Shown: positions 61,200 to 62,000 of the stretch, one piece after another
Layout: each line of letters begins with the position of its first letter
Numbering within the stretch: the first letter of the stretch is position 1
Assembly: GCF_000737315.1 (NCBI RefSeq)
Contig: NZ_JMCB01000005.1
Span: forward strand, 20,001 to 82,000
Length of the DNA: 62,000 bases
DNA from: Hyalangium minutum
Lineage (GTDB): Bacteria > Myxococcota > Myxococcia > Myxococcales > Myxococcaceae
Direction of reading: 5' to 3'
The notes under the pieces: generated by a model
Databases searched by the model: none
The model's input: the letters and a program-made list of their open reading frames with translations, nothing else
Told to the model about the DNA's origin: nothing
Translations under genes and position numbers: made by a program

Positions 61200-62000
61200 T
61201 TACTTGCTCTGGCGCACCATCTTCAGCGTGGCCTTCGTCTTGGAGGCTCCCTCCGCGCCACACTCGTACTTGAGCATGTCGTACTGGGCCTGCTTCTCGG
61301 ACGCGTCGCCCTTGCCGCTGCCGGCCAGGATGTCGATGACCTGCGGATCGCAGTCGCCGTCGTTGCCGCCGCCGAAGCGGTGCTGGCCCTCGTACTCGTT
61401 GACCTTGCGGGTGAGCAGGTCATTGCCGGAGGGGAAGCCCTCGTTGGATTGCATCACCACCTGGAAGCCCCACTGGCTGGGGTCACCCTTGAGGGACTCG
61501 GCGTCCACGCTGCCGGTGATCTTCTTGCCGGAGCCCTTGGTGCGCTCGGGGACGATGATGTCGTCCTTCAGGCCTGCGGCCTTGGTCTCCACCTCTTTGC
61601 GCACGCGCGCGGGCGCCTGCGGCGAGAGGATGACGAGCTTGTCCCAGGCCGAGTCCGGGGCGAACTGGACGTTGAGGCCCGGAGGAGCGTCCGTGTGGCC
61701 GCTGCCCTCCTTACCGTCCGTGTCGATGAAGACGAAGACCATCTGCGTGGCGAACCCGTTGCCCATCTTCCACGGGTCCTCCAGGTTGGTGCCCAGCGTC
61801 ACCTGGAAGTCCACCTTGTTGCCCTTCTTCTCGGCGGTGAACTCGGTGATGTCGAACGAGGCCTTCTTGTAGACGGTGTCCGTCGGGTACTTGTAGGTGC
61901 CCGGGCCGTTGTCGTCTCCAGACGGATCCTTGAAGGTGACCTTGCCGTCGGCGAAGGCGGGGAGGCTGAGCAGCGAGGCAGCGAGGGTGAGGGTTGCGAC
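61200..62000 (-). CDS. Glucodextranase DOMON-like domain protein (start just outside the window)
   Basis: Frame extends to the window edge: ..SLPAFADGKVTFKDPSGDDNGPGTYKYPTD..FDI..GFATQMVFVFIDTD..WDK..RFGGG..VIDIL. Confidence 0.85.
   Translation of the reverse strand, partial: VATLTLAASLLSLPAFADGKVTFKDPSGDDNGPGTYKYPTDTVYKKASFDITEFTAEKKGNKVDFQVTLGTNLEDPWKMGNGFATQMVFVFIDTDGKEGSGHTDAPPGLNVQFAPDSAWDKLVILSPQAPARVRKEVETKAAGLKDDIIVPERTKGSGKKITGSVDAESLKGDPSQWGFQVVMQSNEGFPSGNDLLTRKVNEYEGQHRFGGGNDGDCDPQVIDILAGSGKGDASEKQAQYDMLKYECGAEGASKTKATLKMVRQSK

Overview
High-GC myxobacterial (Cystobacterineae-type) chromosomal window with about 48 protein-coding genes; no rRNA, tRNA, CRISPR array or IS element is visible. 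Two specialised-metabolism loci stand out. (1) A microcin C-like peptide-nucleotide RiPP cluster at 11.3-20.5 kb: two small precursors ending in Asn that the ORF track missed or mis-started (36 aa ...KTSIKAGPAAFN and 46 aa ...KTRIKAGPGGGGLVHPIAN), each followed by a terminator hairpin and its own ThiF/MccB adenylyltransferase, plus a HIT hydrolase (HxHxK), an HlyD protein and two ABC exporters, one carrying a C39 peptidase. From memory this matches the published Hyalangium minutum mcc-like cluster, so the core is probably known; the organism assignment is my inference. Its flanks may be undescribed tailoring genes: a divergent split HTTM/vitamin-K-carboxylase-like pair and a downstream 2OG-Fe(II) oxygenase-WD40 fusion. 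(2) A candidate prenyl-indole cluster at 41.8-48.8 kb that I cannot match to a known pathway: sigma54-driven styrene/indole monooxygenase, cytokinin-dehydrogenase-like flavoprotein, V4R-like small protein, a tryptophanase with a divergent pocket, and a Trp dimethylallyltransferase fused to a degenerate heme-oxygenase-like domain. The rest comprises a UbiA-DprE1-DprE2 arabinose-donor triad, signalling proteins (response regulator-DUF4388, cNMP proteins, two kinases, RIO kinase with a repeat tail, PilZ, PilZ-Hsp70), a MoxR-DUF58-BatA operon, NagZ, a TetR-regulated molybdoenzyme and a starch/maltodextrin-type uptake locus. All product calls come from motif recognition by eye; no database searches were run.
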